Shown: piece after piece, positions 1 through 9,089 of the stretch
Layout of the letters: each line of letters starts with the position of its first letter
Numbering within the stretch: position 1 is the first letter of the stretch
Source of the DNA: a virus
Length of the DNA: 64,000 nucleotides
Reading direction: 5' to 3' (one strand)
Virus record (IMG/VR): IMGVR_UViG_3300036761_003779
Location: 1-64,000 of that record
Made by a program: the position numbers and the translations under genes
Notes under the pieces: generated by a model
The model's database searches: none
Told to the model about the DNA's origin: nothing
Seen by the model: the letters and a program-made list of their open reading frames with translations, nothing else

Positions 1-2268
1 CCCGTCCTCGTACATCCCCGCGGTCACGTAGCCCTCATGCCCCGCGATGTCGAACTTGTGCGTCCGGGAGGCCCGCTCCCGCGGGAGCTTCTCCCGCCCC
101 GGCGCCCGGGCAACCGCCGGCGCGACCCACTCCGCCGCCTTCTGCCCATGCCCGTTCTCCGGCCGCTTGACCGGCGCCAGGGGCTGCGCCCGCTTGCAGC
201 CGTCCCGGTAGACCGTGACCGCCTTCAGGCCCGCCTTCCACGCGGTCCGGTAGACGTTGGCCACGTCCTCCGACGTGGCCTCCTCCGGCAGGTTGACCGT
301 CTTCGAGACCGACCCGGAGAGGAACGGCTGGACCGCCGCCACCATCCCGACGTGCCCGCGCCAGGAGATCTGGCGCCCGGCCGCGTCCGCCGCCGCGCAG
401 TCGAAGACCGGCAGATCCTCCGGGAGGACCTCCGAGCCCTCCAGCGTCCCCCTCTCCCGCAGGTGCTTCAGCGTCAGCTCGACCTCCACCCCATCGTACT
501 CCATCCGCCCCAGCGCCGCGCGGATCGAGCCGTTCTCCATGAGCAGCTCACCGCCCCCGGAGAGCTTCTTCCGGGTGAGGAGGGCGAAGCCCGGCTCGAC
601 CCCGGTCGTGTCGCAGTCGAGCATGAAGGAGATCGTCCCCGTGGGCGCCAGGAGCGTCACCTGCGCGTTCCGATATCCAGAGTCCTCCCCATCCCGGAGG
701 GCGTCCGCCCAGGCGGCCCGCGCCGCCTCCAGGGTCTCGAGCCGCGCCAGCCCGGCGTCGATGCCCCGGAGGGCGTCCGCGTGGTTCTGGAGGACCGCCC
801 GCATTGGCCCGGCCTCGTAGCCCTCGAAGGGGTCGCGCGCCCGCGCCAGCCGCGCGCTCTCCCGGTAGGCGACGCCCGTCATCAGGGCGGTGATTGCCGC
901 CGCCTCCGCCCGCCCCGCCGTCGAGTCGTAGGGGAGCCCGGCCGCCATCAGGTAGGCGCCCAGGTTCGCGTACCCGAGCCCGAGCGGTCGGAAGCGCCGG
1001 GAGTTCTCCCCGATCCGCTTCGTGGGGTACTTGGCCCGGTCGACCAGGACCTCCTGCGCGGTGATCGAGACCTCCACCGCCGCGGAGAAGGCCGCCGCGT
1101 CGAGCCCGCCGTCCGCGCGCTGGAACTTCCGGAGGTTGAGGGAGGCGAGGTTGCATGCCGAGTGGTCGAGGAATGCGAACTCCGCGCAGGGGTTCGTGGC
1201 GTTGATGCGCCCCGCTCCCGGGCAAGTGTGCCAGAAGTTGGCCGCGTCGTCGAACTGGAGGCCCGGGTCCCCGCAGGCGTGGGCGGCCGCCACAATCTCG
1301 TCCCAGACCTCCCGCGCCGGCACGGTCCGCAGGACCTCCCCGGAGGAGCGGGCGAGGAGCGGCCAGTCCGCGCCCCGCTCCGCCGCCTCCATGAAGGCGT
1401 CCGTCACCCGGACCGCGTTGTTGGCGTTCTGGTAGCAGACCGAGGCGTCCCCGTCGAGCCCGGCGCCGAAGCCCGCCTCCTCGAGCGCCCGCGCCTTCCG
1501 CTCCTCCGAGACCTTGCAGCGGGCGAAGTCGAGGACGTCCGGGTGGTCCACGTTGAGGATGACGATCTTGGCCGCGCGCCGCGTCTTCCCCCCGCTCTTG
1601 ATGACGCCCGCGAAGGCGTCGTAGCCCCGCATGAAGGAGACCGGCCCGGAGGCGGTCCCGCCGCCGTGGAGCGGCTCCTCCTTCCCCCGGAGCGGGGAGA
1701 GGTTCACGCCCGCGCCGGACCCGCCCTTGAAGATGAGCCCCTCCGTCGTGGCCAGCTCGAGGATGCTCTCCATCGAGTCCTCGACCGCGTTGATGAAGCA
1801 GCCCGAGCACTGCGGCCGCGCCTCGACGCCGACGTTGAACCAGACCGGGGAGTTGAAGGAGAGCCGCTGCGTGAGGAGGAGGAAGACCAGGTCATCCCGG
1901 AAGGCGTCCCGGTGGGCCCGGTCTGGGAGGTAGCCGTCCGCCAGGCCCCAGTCCGCGATGGCGTCGGCCACGCGCGCCACCAGCTGCCGGACCGACCCCT
2001 CCCGCTCCACCGTCCCGAGGCGCCCGCGGAAATACTTGGAGGCGACGACGTTCACCGCCATCTGGCTCCAGCCCTCCGGCGCCTCGACGTCCCGCTGCTC
2101 GAAGAGGACCGCGCCGTCCGCGCCCTCGATCCGCGCCGTCCGAGTTGTCCACGGACCCGCGGCGTCCCAGACGTCCCCGTCCTCCGGGGCAAACCGCCTC
2201 CGGGCCTGGGTCGCTCTCCTCTCCGACTGCGGCGCCTCATCGACAACAACGGACGGGCTGCTCTCCAT
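1..2268 (-). CDS. nrdJ: Class II (adenosylcobalamin-dependent) ribonucleotide reductase, C-terminus runs off the window edge
   Basis: Manual minus-strand translation (absent from the ORF track): ATG at 2268 after GGAGGAG; motifs FNSPVWFN, QCSGCFI, GGSGAG, SGGKTRRAA, TNPCAE, CNLASLNL, GLGYANLG, APTGTISF, SVSKTVN, VTVYRDGCK. Confidence 0.95.
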   Translation of the reverse strand, partial: MESSPSVVVDEAPQSERRATQARRRFAPEDGDVWDAAGPWTTRTARIEGADGAVLFEQRDVEAPEGWSQMAVNVVASKYFRGRLGTVEREGSVRQLVARVADAIADWGLADGYLPDRAHRDAFRDDLVFLLLTQRLSFNSPVWFNVGVEARPQCSGCFINAVEDSMESILELATTEGLIFKGGSGAGVNLSPLRGKEEPLHGGGTASGPVSFMRGYDAFAGVIKSGGKTRRAAKIVILNVDHPDVLDFARCKVSEERKARALEEAGFGAGLDGDASVCYQNANNAVRVTDAFMEAAERGADWPLLARSSGEVLRTVPAREVWDEIVAAAHACGDPGLQFDDAANFWHTCPGAGRINATNPCAEFAFLDHSACNLASLNLRKFQRADGGLDAAAFSAAVEVSITAQEVLVDRAKYPTKRIGENSRRFRPLGLGYANLGAYLMAAGLPYDSTAGRAEAAAITALMTGVAYRESARLARARDPFEGYEAGPMRAVLQNHADALRGIDAGLARLETLEAARAAWADALRDGEDSGYRNAQVTLLAPTGTISFMLDCDTTGVEPGFALLTRKKLSGGGELLMENGSIRAALGRMEYDGVEVELTLKHLRERGTLEGSEVLPEDLPVFDCAAADAAGRQISWRGHVGMVAAVQPFLSGSVSKTVNLPEEATSEDVANVYRTAWKAGLKAVTVYRDGCKRAQPLAPVKRPENGHGQKAAEWVAPAVARAPGREKLPRERASRTHKFDIAGHEGYVTAGMYEDG

Positions 2269-2288
2269 GGAATCTCCTCCCGGGTTTG

Positions 2289-2642
2289 CTAGTACCCCAG
2301 CACGTCCAGGCGCCGGAGGTAGTGAAGGCGGAACGTCTCGAGGGTCTTGTCCGTTGCGGGCCTGCTCTCGATCTCCTCGTACACGAAGCGCGCGACCTCC
2401 CCCGCGATGTGCCTGTCCTCTTTGGCCAGGGCATTGATGAAGGGCGCCACGTCGAGGATCTCCCGGTCCAGGTGAGACCAGTCGATCAGCCGCTTCATCT
2501 CCTCCAGGGGGTAGCGCCGCGCAAAGGACGGGCGCTGCCAGCGCCCGAAGCGCGCCTCGAAGTCCCCGTCCCGCTCCGTGAGTTTCCCCAGCCGCTCCAC
2601 GGCCAGGTCCACGAGCGCGCCCGGGGTCGTCAGCTTTGTCAT
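2289..2642 (-). CDS. Hypothetical protein
   Basis: MTKLTTPG... ORF with phage-like codon use, packed against nrdJ. Confidence 0.65.
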   Translation of the reverse strand: MTKLTTPGALVDLAVERLGKLTERDGDFEARFGRWQRPSFARRYPLEEMKRLIDWSHLDREILDVAPFINALAKEDRHIAGEVARFVYEEIESRPATDKTLETFRLHYLRRLDVLGY

Positions 2643-2644
2643 CT

Positions 2645-2857
2645 CTACTCTCCCGCGCAGGTCTTGCAGACCAGTATCCTGGACTGACCCGGTCCGGCTC
2701 CCGGCGGGATTGTCTGAAGCTCCTGCACCGGGAACTCCCGCCCGCAGCGGAAGCACGCGCACGCGCGCGCCCCGAGGAGCGCGCCCGGTTCCGCGGCCGG
2801 GTCGCTCCTCCTGACGGACGTTTGCCGAACCTGTCTGCCGGAGAGCTGGAGCTTCAA
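2645..2857 (-). CDS. Small zinc-ribbon protein
   Basis: CFRC...CKTC; TTG start; fills the gap between neighbours. Confidence 0.45.
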   Translation of the reverse strand: MKLQLSGRQVRQTSVRRSDPAAEPGALLGARACACFRCGREFPVQELQTIPPGAGPGQSRILVCKTCAGE

Positions 2858-2922
2858 GGGGTCCCTCGCAACGGAGGTTCCAGGCTACCGCCGCCCCCTC
2901 CCCCGCCGCCAGGAAGATGCCT

Positions 2923-3555
2923 TCATTGACCCGGCGGAGGCGGGAGGACGCCCGGCGGGGGGTCCCCCGGGATCCATAGCCGCCGCTCCGCCTTCTGGAC
3001 CTCCGCGATCCGCTCCTTGAGCTTCACGAAGATGGGCCGGATCTGCTCCGGGATCTTCTCAGCCCCCGCCGCCTCGATCGCCGCCAGGACCTCCGCCGCG
3101 CGCTGCGGCTCCTTGGCCTGGAGGAGGAGGGAGATGGCGAGCGTCCCGTCCTGGATCTCGCTTCCCAGTTCCCGGGCGATCTCCCAGAGCCGCTCCCCCG
3201 TCTTCCGCCGCTCCTCCAGGTCGTCCCCCTCCGCCGTCCGCGGCCGCGCCGCCACCTGGTGGAGCCCCTTCCGCTCCACCATCAGGTCCTGCTTCCTCTT
3301 CAGCGCCTCCCGCGCGCCCTCGTCCCAGCCCGGGTGCTTCTTGTCCAGGAAGGTCTCCACGGAGGCCACGAGGAGGGTGGTCGCATTGCTCGCGGTCATG
3401 AGGGAGTTCATCGCCTTGAAGACATTATCCAGGCCATGCTCGACGTGGTTCAGCCTGGCCTCCTGCGTCTTCTGCTTCTCTCGGACCTCCTCCTCGAACG
3501 ACTTCTTCTTCTGGCGCGCGCCCTTGATGGCGCGCAGGCTACCCTTGTCCGGCAT
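2923..3555 (-). CDS. Hypothetical coiled-coil/helical protein
   Basis: GGAGG RBS before MPDKGS; protein-like composition. Confidence 0.75.
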   Translation of the reverse strand: MPDKGSLRAIKGARQKKKSFEEEVREKQKTQEARLNHVEHGLDNVFKAMNSLMTASNATTLLVASVETFLDKKHPGWDEGAREALKRKQDLMVERKGLHQVAARPRTAEGDDLEERRKTGERLWEIARELGSEIQDGTLAISLLLQAKEPQRAAEVLAAIEAAGAEKIPEQIRPIFVKLKERIAEVQKAERRLWIPGDPPPGVLPPPPGQ

Positions 3556-3898
3556 CGTCTTCTCCTCCAATCAGCTTCAGCGCGGCCTCCCCCTCGTTCC
3601 GGAGGACCGCGTGGACCACATGAACGACCAGGCGCCAGAAGGCCCCGGCCTGTTTGTCCCGCGGCAGCTCGAGGTCCGCCTCCGCCTCGAGGAGCGCCTC
3701 GTGCTGCTCCGCGGAGAGGAGCGGCCCGGCCAGCCGGATCCGGTCCGCGGAGACCGGGGAGCGGAGGTCCCGCGTCACCTGGACGCGGAGGTCCCGCGCC
3801 ACCTCCTCCGGGATCTCCGGCCGCTCCCCGGCGGCCCGGTAGACCTCCAGGAGCCATGCCAGGGTCGACTTCCGCACAACCGCGTAGCCGTCGCTCAC
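3539..3898 (-). CDS. Hypothetical protein
   Basis: GTG start overlapping the upstream stop; VSDGYAVVRKSTLAWLL... Confidence 0.65.
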   Translation of the reverse strand: MSDGYAVVRKSTLAWLLEVYRAAGERPEIPEEVARDLRVQVTRDLRSPVSADRIRLAGPLLSAEQHEALLEAEADLELPRDKQAGAFWRLVVHVVHAVLRNEGEAALKLIGGEDDAGQG

Positions 3899-4536
3899 GG
3901 GAGCACCTCCACGTCCTGCCCGAGCCGGTGCGGCGCCCGCCCGTCCGTCAGGTCCGCCAGGATCGAGGCCGCGCGCTCGACCGGGAACGTCCCGACGCCC
4001 GCCGGGACCTCCGTCACCCGCCGCTCCCCGGTCAGCTCCGGGAACCAGGCGCAGTAGACCCCCAGCGCCGGCGGTCGGTGCCAGTAGGCGAGGAGGTCCC
4101 GGAGCCCCCGCACCAGCGCGGCCTCCGGGTGGACGCGGAGCATGCCGATCCGCTCCGGCGTGACCGTCGCCTGGAGGAGCGGCCCCGCCAGGGAGAACCG
4201 CTTCAGCGGCGCCCGGAGGTTCAGCAGCTCGAGGAGGAGCCGGACCCCGCCGACGACGTAGCCCTGGAAGGCGGTCCCCCAGCACGCGCGCTCCCGCTCC
4301 AGCGGGTGGCGCAGCGCCAGGTACGCGACCGCCTCCACGTCCCGGAGGTTCCCCTCCGGGAAGGAGGTCCAGGAGTAGGTGGCGCCCGGGTTCCGCCAGC
4401 GCGCCTCCTCCCCGTCCTCCTCCAGCTCCGCCGTCGAGAGGTCGTCGTGGACCAGGACCGCGTGGTCCCGGGAGAGCAGCTCGTCGACGACGTGTGAGCC
4501 TAGGAAACCAGCACCACCGGTCACAAGTACCTTCAT
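3895..4536 (-). CDS. NAD-dependent epimerase/dehydratase-like (SDR) protein, short and degenerate
   Basis: N-terminal MKVLVTGGAGFLGSHVVDELL...DDLST; only 213 aa and no clear YxxxK. Confidence 0.75.
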   Translation of the reverse strand: MKVLVTGGAGFLGSHVVDELLSRDHAVLVHDDLSTAELEEDGEEARWRNPGATYSWTSFPEGNLRDVEAVAYLALRHPLERERACWGTAFQGYVVGGVRLLLELLNLRAPLKRFSLAGPLLQATVTPERIGMLRVHPEAALVRGLRDLLAYWHRPPALGVYCAWFPELTGERRVTEVPAGVGTFPVERAASILADLTDGRAPHRLGQDVEVLP

Positions 4537-4886
4537 CGCCCCCACCTCCCCTTCTTCCCCGCGCGCCGCTTCGGGCGGAGCAGGATCGACTGGTCCTCCA
4601 CGTCCACGTCGAGGACCTCCATCCACCAGCCCTTGACCGGCCCGACCTCGTCCCCGACGTTGAAGCGCGGCCAGCCGTCCGGGACCACCGCGCCCGGCGG
4701 TGGCTCGGAGTCCGGGACCCGCGCCGCCTCCGCCGCGCGCGCCCGCGCCAGGACCTGCTCGACCGTCTCCTCCGGCCGCGGGTTGACGCGCCCGAGGAGG
4801 ACGTCCCCGACCTTCTTCGACCCCTCCCCGAAGGCCGCCCGCACGTTCTCGGCGACCGCGTGGATCCGCCCGCTGTCCGGGTTCAT
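4533..4886 (-). CDS. Hypothetical protein
   Basis: MNPDSGRIH...; ATGA-type overlaps on both sides. Confidence 0.7.
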   Translation of the reverse strand: MNPDSGRIHAVAENVRAAFGEGSKKVGDVLLGRVNPRPEETVEQVLARARAAEAARVPDSEPPPGAVVPDGWPRFNVGDEVGPVKGWWMEVLDVDVEDQSILLRPKRRAGKKGRWGR

Positions 4887-5221
4887 CGATTCACCCCGTC
4901 CTCCCGCGCCGCGTCGAAGGCCAGGTCCCCGGCCACGTCGCAGGCTTGGCACTCCCCCAGCTCGTTCCCGTGCGGGCACTGCGCGCGCCGGACCAGCGCG
5001 GCCGCCTGGACCTGCGCCGTCTCGTCCCAGGCCAGGGCCACGAACTCCGCGTCCGGCGGCCCGGCCTCGAGCGCGCCGTCCCGGACGCGCCGGAGCGCCT
5101 CCCGGAGCGCCGGCCGCCCGGGCAGGTTCGCCTCCGGCCCCTCGTCCAGCAGCGACTCGTCCACCTCCGTCTCGAAGACCTCCTTGACGCGGTAAACTTT
5201 GACATACACGGAGTCAGCCAC
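4883..5221 (-). CDS. Hypothetical protein with C-terminal Cys/His motif
   Basis: GGAGG RBS plus GTG; CPHGNELGECQAC. Confidence 0.65.
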   Translation of the reverse strand: MADSVYVKVYRVKEVFETEVDESLLDEGPEANLPGRPALREALRRVRDGALEAGPPDAEFVALAWDETAQVQAAALVRRAQCPHGNELGECQACDVAGDLAFDAAREDGVNR

Positions 5222-5684
5222 TTTGAGCCTCCGTTTGTTGAATCTTCCTGAGGTGAGTCCAATGACGTTCCCCGCGCGGCCTCCGCTCCGGGTGCAGCCT
5301 GGAACCACATCGATCTCCCCGCGCAACCCGCTCTGGGTGAGTCCTCGAACCATGCCGCTCCCCACGCGCCGTCCGTCCCTTCTCCTCCCGATCCGCTACA
5401 TTCTCCGCGTGGGTCCCCGGAATCAGGTGCGCCGGGTTGCAGCAGGGCGGGTTGTCACACGTGTGGCGGACCGCCTCCGCATCCGTCGGACCAAAGGTCA
5501 GCTCGTAGGCCACGCGGTGAGCCGTCTCCTGCTTTCGGTTCCTGTAGAACCGCCCATAACCCTTCTTGATCCGGAAGGCCATCCAGGGCCAGCATGCGTC
5601 AGGTCCTCCGGATACATCCACCTTGGACCAGAAGCGTCGGGCGTCCCGCTCTCTGCGTTTGTCTTCCTTCACGTCATGCGCCAT
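5214..5684 (-). CDS. HNH homing endonuclease (free-standing)
   Basis: RFWSKVD..CWPW..GYG..HRVAY..VRHTCDNPPCCNPAHL..N. Confidence 0.9.
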   Translation of the reverse strand: MAHDVKEDKRRERDARRFWSKVDVSGGPDACWPWMAFRIKKGYGRFYRNRKQETAHRVAYELTFGPTDAEAVRHTCDNPPCCNPAHLIPGTHAENVADREEKGRTARGERHGSRTHPERVARGDRCGSRLHPERRPRGERHWTHLRKIQQTEAQSG

Positions 5685-6796
5685 TTCTTCACCTCCTTGT
5701 CCAGCGCGGCCCGCGTCCGGTTCCCGGCGTCCCCGTCCACGACCAGCTCCCGGGACCGCTGGAAGGTCCGGACGGAGGTGGTCAGCGCCTCCGCCGTCTC
5801 CACGTAGTAGCCGAGCCTGCGGAGCGCCTCCCGGACCTCGTCCGGCGTGTCGACCGCGCCCGCGACGCCCGGGTTGAAGTTCTCCAGGTCCTCCTCCGCG
5901 CGGTCCCCCTGACGCTCGGAGATGGCCCGCATCATCCAGGGCTCGTCCGAGTCCTGGAACGGGTCGTCGACGTCGTCCAGCTCCGCCAGCCAGGGGAGGT
6001 CGTCCACGTGCGTCCGGTCGTAGAGGACCGCCTCCCGGATGGCGGCCGCGTCCGGCATGTACACGCAGTCATTCTTCTGCGGGTGGAGGTTGTGGTGGCA
6101 GAGCATCCACTCCGGGCGGAGCTTCCCCGGGTACATGGCGGAGAGGTAGCGGAGGAGGACGATGACCGTGGCCACGCTCCCCCGGCTCCAGGTCTCCCAC
6201 CAGGTCCCCCGGACGTTCGTCACCTCCCCGGTGAACTTCGAGGTCCACCCCTCCGGCCACCAGTAGAAGTCGAGGTCCGCCGGGTCCGCGTCCGCCTGGG
6301 CGCGGAAGGCGTCCATCGACATCCCCTGGACGAGCGCCGGCGGCCGCCCCTTCCGCTTGGGCCACGGCCGGAGGATCCCGGCGTTCCGGACCTCCGTGCC
6401 CGCTAGGAAGCGGTTGACCCAGCCGGCGTGCCAGGACGGCTTGTCCGGCGGGACGACCTGGATCGCCTCCGCCCGGAGGTCCCGGTCCAGCTCGAGCTTC
6501 CGCCGGACCTCCGCGAAGGCCGGGTCCAGCCCGCGGGAGACCACCCAGTTGGAGGAGGCCCGCTGCTCCAGGACGAAGTGCCTGACCGTCCCCGCGAACC
6601 GCGTCCCCGCCGTGAAGTGGAGGACGTGCCCGATGGGCGCACCGTCCCGCCACGCCTCGTAGCAGTTCTTCGAGGGCCAGCGCGGGTGGACCGCCTTCAG
6701 GGTGACGCGGACCAGCTCCGCGGAGTAGACCGCCAGGCGGGCGAAGAAGTCCCGCGCCTCCGCCTGGGTGTAATGTTCCACGATCTTCTTGCTCAT
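5669..6796 (-). CDS. N-acetylmuramoyl-L-alanine amidase-like endolysin with C-terminal peptidoglycan-binding domain
   Basis: VLHFTAG, SSNWVV, WHAG..N...GTE, HHNL..KNDC; C-terminal LRRLGY..VRTFQ..LVVDGDAGNRT. Confidence 0.85.
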   Translation of the reverse strand: MSKKIVEHYTQAEARDFFARLAVYSAELVRVTLKAVHPRWPSKNCYEAWRDGAPIGHVLHFTAGTRFAGTVRHFVLEQRASSNWVVSRGLDPAFAEVRRKLELDRDLRAEAIQVVPPDKPSWHAGWVNRFLAGTEVRNAGILRPWPKRKGRPPALVQGMSMDAFRAQADADPADLDFYWWPEGWTSKFTGEVTNVRGTWWETWSRGSVATVIVLLRYLSAMYPGKLRPEWMLCHHNLHPQKNDCVYMPDAAAIREAVLYDRTHVDDLPWLAELDDVDDPFQDSDEPWMMRAISERQGDRAEEDLENFNPGVAGAVDTPDEVREALRRLGYYVETAEALTTSVRTFQRSRELVVDGDAGNRTRAALDKEVKKWRMT

Positions 6797-7209
6797 TTGT
6801 CTTCTCTCCTCAGGTCCTCGACCACGAAGACGCCCAGGATCAGGAGCGGCGGCCCGGGGTCAATCCAGCGCTCCTTGATGGTCCAGTGCCCCTTCTCCTC
6901 CTGGTTGAGCTTCTCGACGATGACCCGGATCTCCCGGGATGAGAGCCGGATGAAGCCGGGTTCGTGTCCGCGCTGCCGCAGGCGCCGGCGGATCTGGGAC
7001 GTGACGGAGGCCAGGATCCGGTGGAAGCGCCGGACCGGATGCTCCATGAAGCCGAAGCCCGGGCACTTCAGGCAGGACGCGCCGCAGCGCGGGCACCGGC
7101 AGCCGCTCCCGCTCTCCGGCGGGATGGGGACCGCCGGGCAGCGGCATCCGCGTCGGCGGTACAGCCGCTCGTCCCCCCGCATGAGGAGGAAGTCGTCGTC
7201 CACGTCCAT
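6793..7209 (-). CDS. Hypothetical Cys-rich protein
   Basis: CRC..CRCPRC..CLKC; overlaps the amidase start. Confidence 0.55.
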   Translation of the reverse strand: MDVDDDFLLMRGDERLYRRRGCRCPAVPIPPESGSGCRCPRCGASCLKCPGFGFMEHPVRRFHRILASVTSQIRRRLRQRGHEPGFIRLSSREIRVIVEKLNQEEKGHWTIKERWIDPGPPLLILGVFVVEDLRREDK

Positions 7210-7233
7210 CTTGCAGAACAGCGCGCACCTCCG

Positions 7234-7554
7234 TCACTTCCGCGTCCGTCGCCCGAAGCGCCAGAACTTCCGCGCCTCCTCGGTCCCAATGACCCTCCAC
7301 AGGTCCCGCCGGTGAACGACCGCCCGCTCCGCCCCCGCCTCGATGGCGCCGTCCCCGGTCACGTTCCGCGGGTCCACGTCCCGCCCGTCCAGCCTGCTGA
7401 TGACCCAGTACTCACCGAAGAGCGTGAGGAGGGAGCACCCCCTCAGGACCGCGTAGTCGCGCGGGTCCGCCCCCAGGAGCCCCTCCTCCGCCATGGCCAT
7501 GCCGACGATCTCCGCCCTGGACCCCGGCCGCAGCTTCACGTCCTTCAGCTTCAT
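7234..7554 (-). CDS. Hypothetical protein
   Basis: MKLKDVKLRPG...; coupled to the upstream stop. Confidence 0.65.
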   Translation of the reverse strand: MKLKDVKLRPGSRAEIVGMAMAEEGLLGADPRDYAVLRGCSLLTLFGEYWVISRLDGRDVDPRNVTGDGAIEAGAERAVVHRRDLWRVIGTEEARKFWRFGRRTRK

Positions 7555-8531
7555 CTTCTATCCGTGATGAGCGTGGGGGTGGACCCCACCCGCGGGAGGA
7601 AGGCCAGGCGGACGCGGGAGAGCCCCCGCGGCCGACCCAGCCGCTTCCAGAGGGCCCAGGAGAGGTCCGTCACCGCCCGGAAGCGCCAGCCCTGGGGCGG
7701 CCGCGTCCGCGTCCAGATCCGCCAGCGCCCGTCCGGGACCGCGTTCTTGAGTCGCCCGGTGTAGATCCCCCACGGCCCGGCGTCCATGACGCGCGCCACC
7801 ACGCAGCGCCCCGTGGCCTCCGCGCACACCTGGACGCGCCGGCCGCAGCCGAGGCGCCGCCAGTGCCGGTGCGCAATGTGGACCTGCGCCTCCGTGTAGC
7901 GCCCGCCGCACGCCAGCTCCCCCCGGTTCCAGCCGTCCCCCGGCTTATAGACACTTAACCTCCCAACTTGAACTACTAGACCTATATCCTCCGGTAGTGG
8001 TAGACTAAGATCATGAACTACGTAACTATTACGTCTTTTCTTGAGCGAGTATCCACCGGAGAAGGGTGTTGGCTCTGGAATGGCCGAATTATGGCCGGAG
8101 GATACGGAACACTCGGGGGCGGAAAGCGCGGCGTGAGCGTCTACGCTCACCGCATGTCCTACATGCTCTTCATCGGAGAGATTCCCCCGGGTGTCTGTGT
8201 CCTCCATCGATGCGACAACCCACGGTGTGTGAAGCCAACGCACCTTTTCCTCGGGACGCAGGCGGACAACAACCGGGACATGAAGGAGAAAGGCCGCGCC
8301 CGCGGCCCGTACCTCAGAGGAGAATATCACCCAGCGGCCAAACTTCGGGACGAACAAGTCATCGAAATTAGGGCCGCGCACTCCTCCGGGGAGTCCACCC
8401 GACGGTTGGCAGAACTCTACGGTGTACGTAGAAGGCTGATCACCGAGGTTGTAGCCGGACGTACCTATATTCACGCAGCCTCCGAGCGTTAGGAGGAGGA
8501 GCGCCAGGAGGAGGGAGATCAGGGTAGCCAC
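7551..8531 (-). CDS. RlpA-like (double-psi beta-barrel) lipoprotein, putative lytic transglycosylase, with a ~160-aa insert
   Basis: Signal peptide and lipobox LLLLTLGGC; C-terminal SVY..GELACG..AHR..LGCG..VQV..TGRCVVARVMDAGPW..TDLSWA; the middle is the antisense of an HNH gene. Confidence 0.75.
   Translation of the reverse strand: MATLISLLLALLLLTLGGCVNIGTSGYNLGDQPSTYTVEFCQPSGGLPGGVRGPNFDDLFVPKFGRWVIFSSEVRAAGAAFLLHVPVVVRLRPEEKVRWLHTPWVVASMEDTDTRGNLSDEEHVGHAVSVDAHAALSAPECSVSSGHNSAIPEPTPFSGGYSLKKRRNSYVVHDLSLPLPEDIGLVVQVGRLSVYKPGDGWNRGELACGGRYTEAQVHIAHRHWRRLGCGRRVQVCAEATGRCVVARVMDAGPWGIYTGRLKNAVPDGRWRIWTRTRPPQGWRFRAVTDLSWALWKRLGRPRGLSRVRLAFLPRVGSTPTLITDRR
7977..8006 (+). promoter_or_regulatory. 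Putative leaderless sigma70-type promoter for the nested HNH gene
   Basis: TAGACC-18 bp-TAGACT with an extended -10 TG; the -10 sits 6 nt before the ATG at 8013; AT-rich patch. Confidence 0.4.
8013..8492 (+). CDS. HNH homing endonuclease nested antisense in the RlpA-like gene
   Basis: CWLWNG..GYG..YAHRMSY..VLHRCDNPRCVKPTHLFLGT..DN, then GEYHPAAKL and a C-terminal HTH; visibly lower GC than flanks. Confidence 0.92.
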   Translation: MNYVTITSFLERVSTGEGCWLWNGRIMAGGYGTLGGGKRGVSVYAHRMSYMLFIGEIPPGVCVLHRCDNPRCVKPTHLFLGTQADNNRDMKEKGRARGPYLRGEYHPAAKLRDEQVIEIRAAHSSGESTRRLAELYGVRRRLITEVVAGRTYIHAASER

Positions 8532-8725
8532 TTGTCGACCCCGGCGCGGATGTTCTGGAGCGCCGTGGCCATCTTCTCCGTGACCGCCTGGTGCTCCTCG
8601 ATCCAGTCCTTCATCCCCGTGACCTTCTCCAGGACGGACTCCTTGAAGTCCTCCGCCCGCTCCGGCAGGTCGTCCAGGTCGGTCAGGATCTCCTCGGCCA
8701 GGTCCAACGCCTCGTCCGGTTCCAT
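8519..8725 (-). CDS. Hypothetical protein
   Basis: 68-aa acidic helical ORF with GGAGGAG RBS. Confidence 0.75.
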   Translation of the reverse strand: MEPDEALDLAEEILTDLDDLPERAEDFKESVLEKVTGMKDWIEEHQAVTEKMATALQNIRAGVDKWLP

Positions 8726-8726
8726 G

Positions 8727-9089
8727 TCACTCCTCCAGCAGCTTCTTGACGCGAGGCTTCATCTTAACATGCCCCGGCCGCGTTGGTCCTCTGTTAATGC
8801 GCCTTACCTCCCGCGGAGGGAGGAGCGCCCAGCCGCGGAGGTCCAGCTCGTCGACCAGGACCTCCGCCGCGCGGTGGACCGCGTCGCGCCCGGCCACCGG
8901 GTTGTCCCGCTCCACCTCGCTGAAGACCTCCTCGACGTCCTTCCAGGGGATGGCGCGCCGCGCGTCGAACACCACCCTGATCCCCTCCTTGATCCGCCGC
9001 ACGCGCCGCTCCAAGGTCTCGAGCGCCTCCAGCGCCGCCTCCAGGACGTCCTCCCGATCCGCGGCATGCAGGTCGAGCCATCTGGTCAT
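8727..9089 (-). CDS. Hypothetical protein
   Basis: MTRWLDLHAAD...; coupled to the resolvase stop. Confidence 0.7.
   Translation of the reverse strand: MTRWLDLHAADREDVLEAALEALETLERRVRRIKEGIRVVFDARRAIPWKDVEEVFSEVERDNPVAGRDAVHRAAEVLVDELDLRGWALLPPREVRRINRGPTRPGHVKMKPRVKKLLEE

Noticed and set aside
37-2292. 751-aa plus-strand ORF
   Set aside because: Antisense shadow of nrdJ; Arg/Pro-rich with no motifs
6793-7554. Possible TGA readthrough or recoding joining two in-frame ORFs
   Set aside because: Single instance; TGA is the normal stop elsewhere, and a GGAGG precedes the downstream ATG
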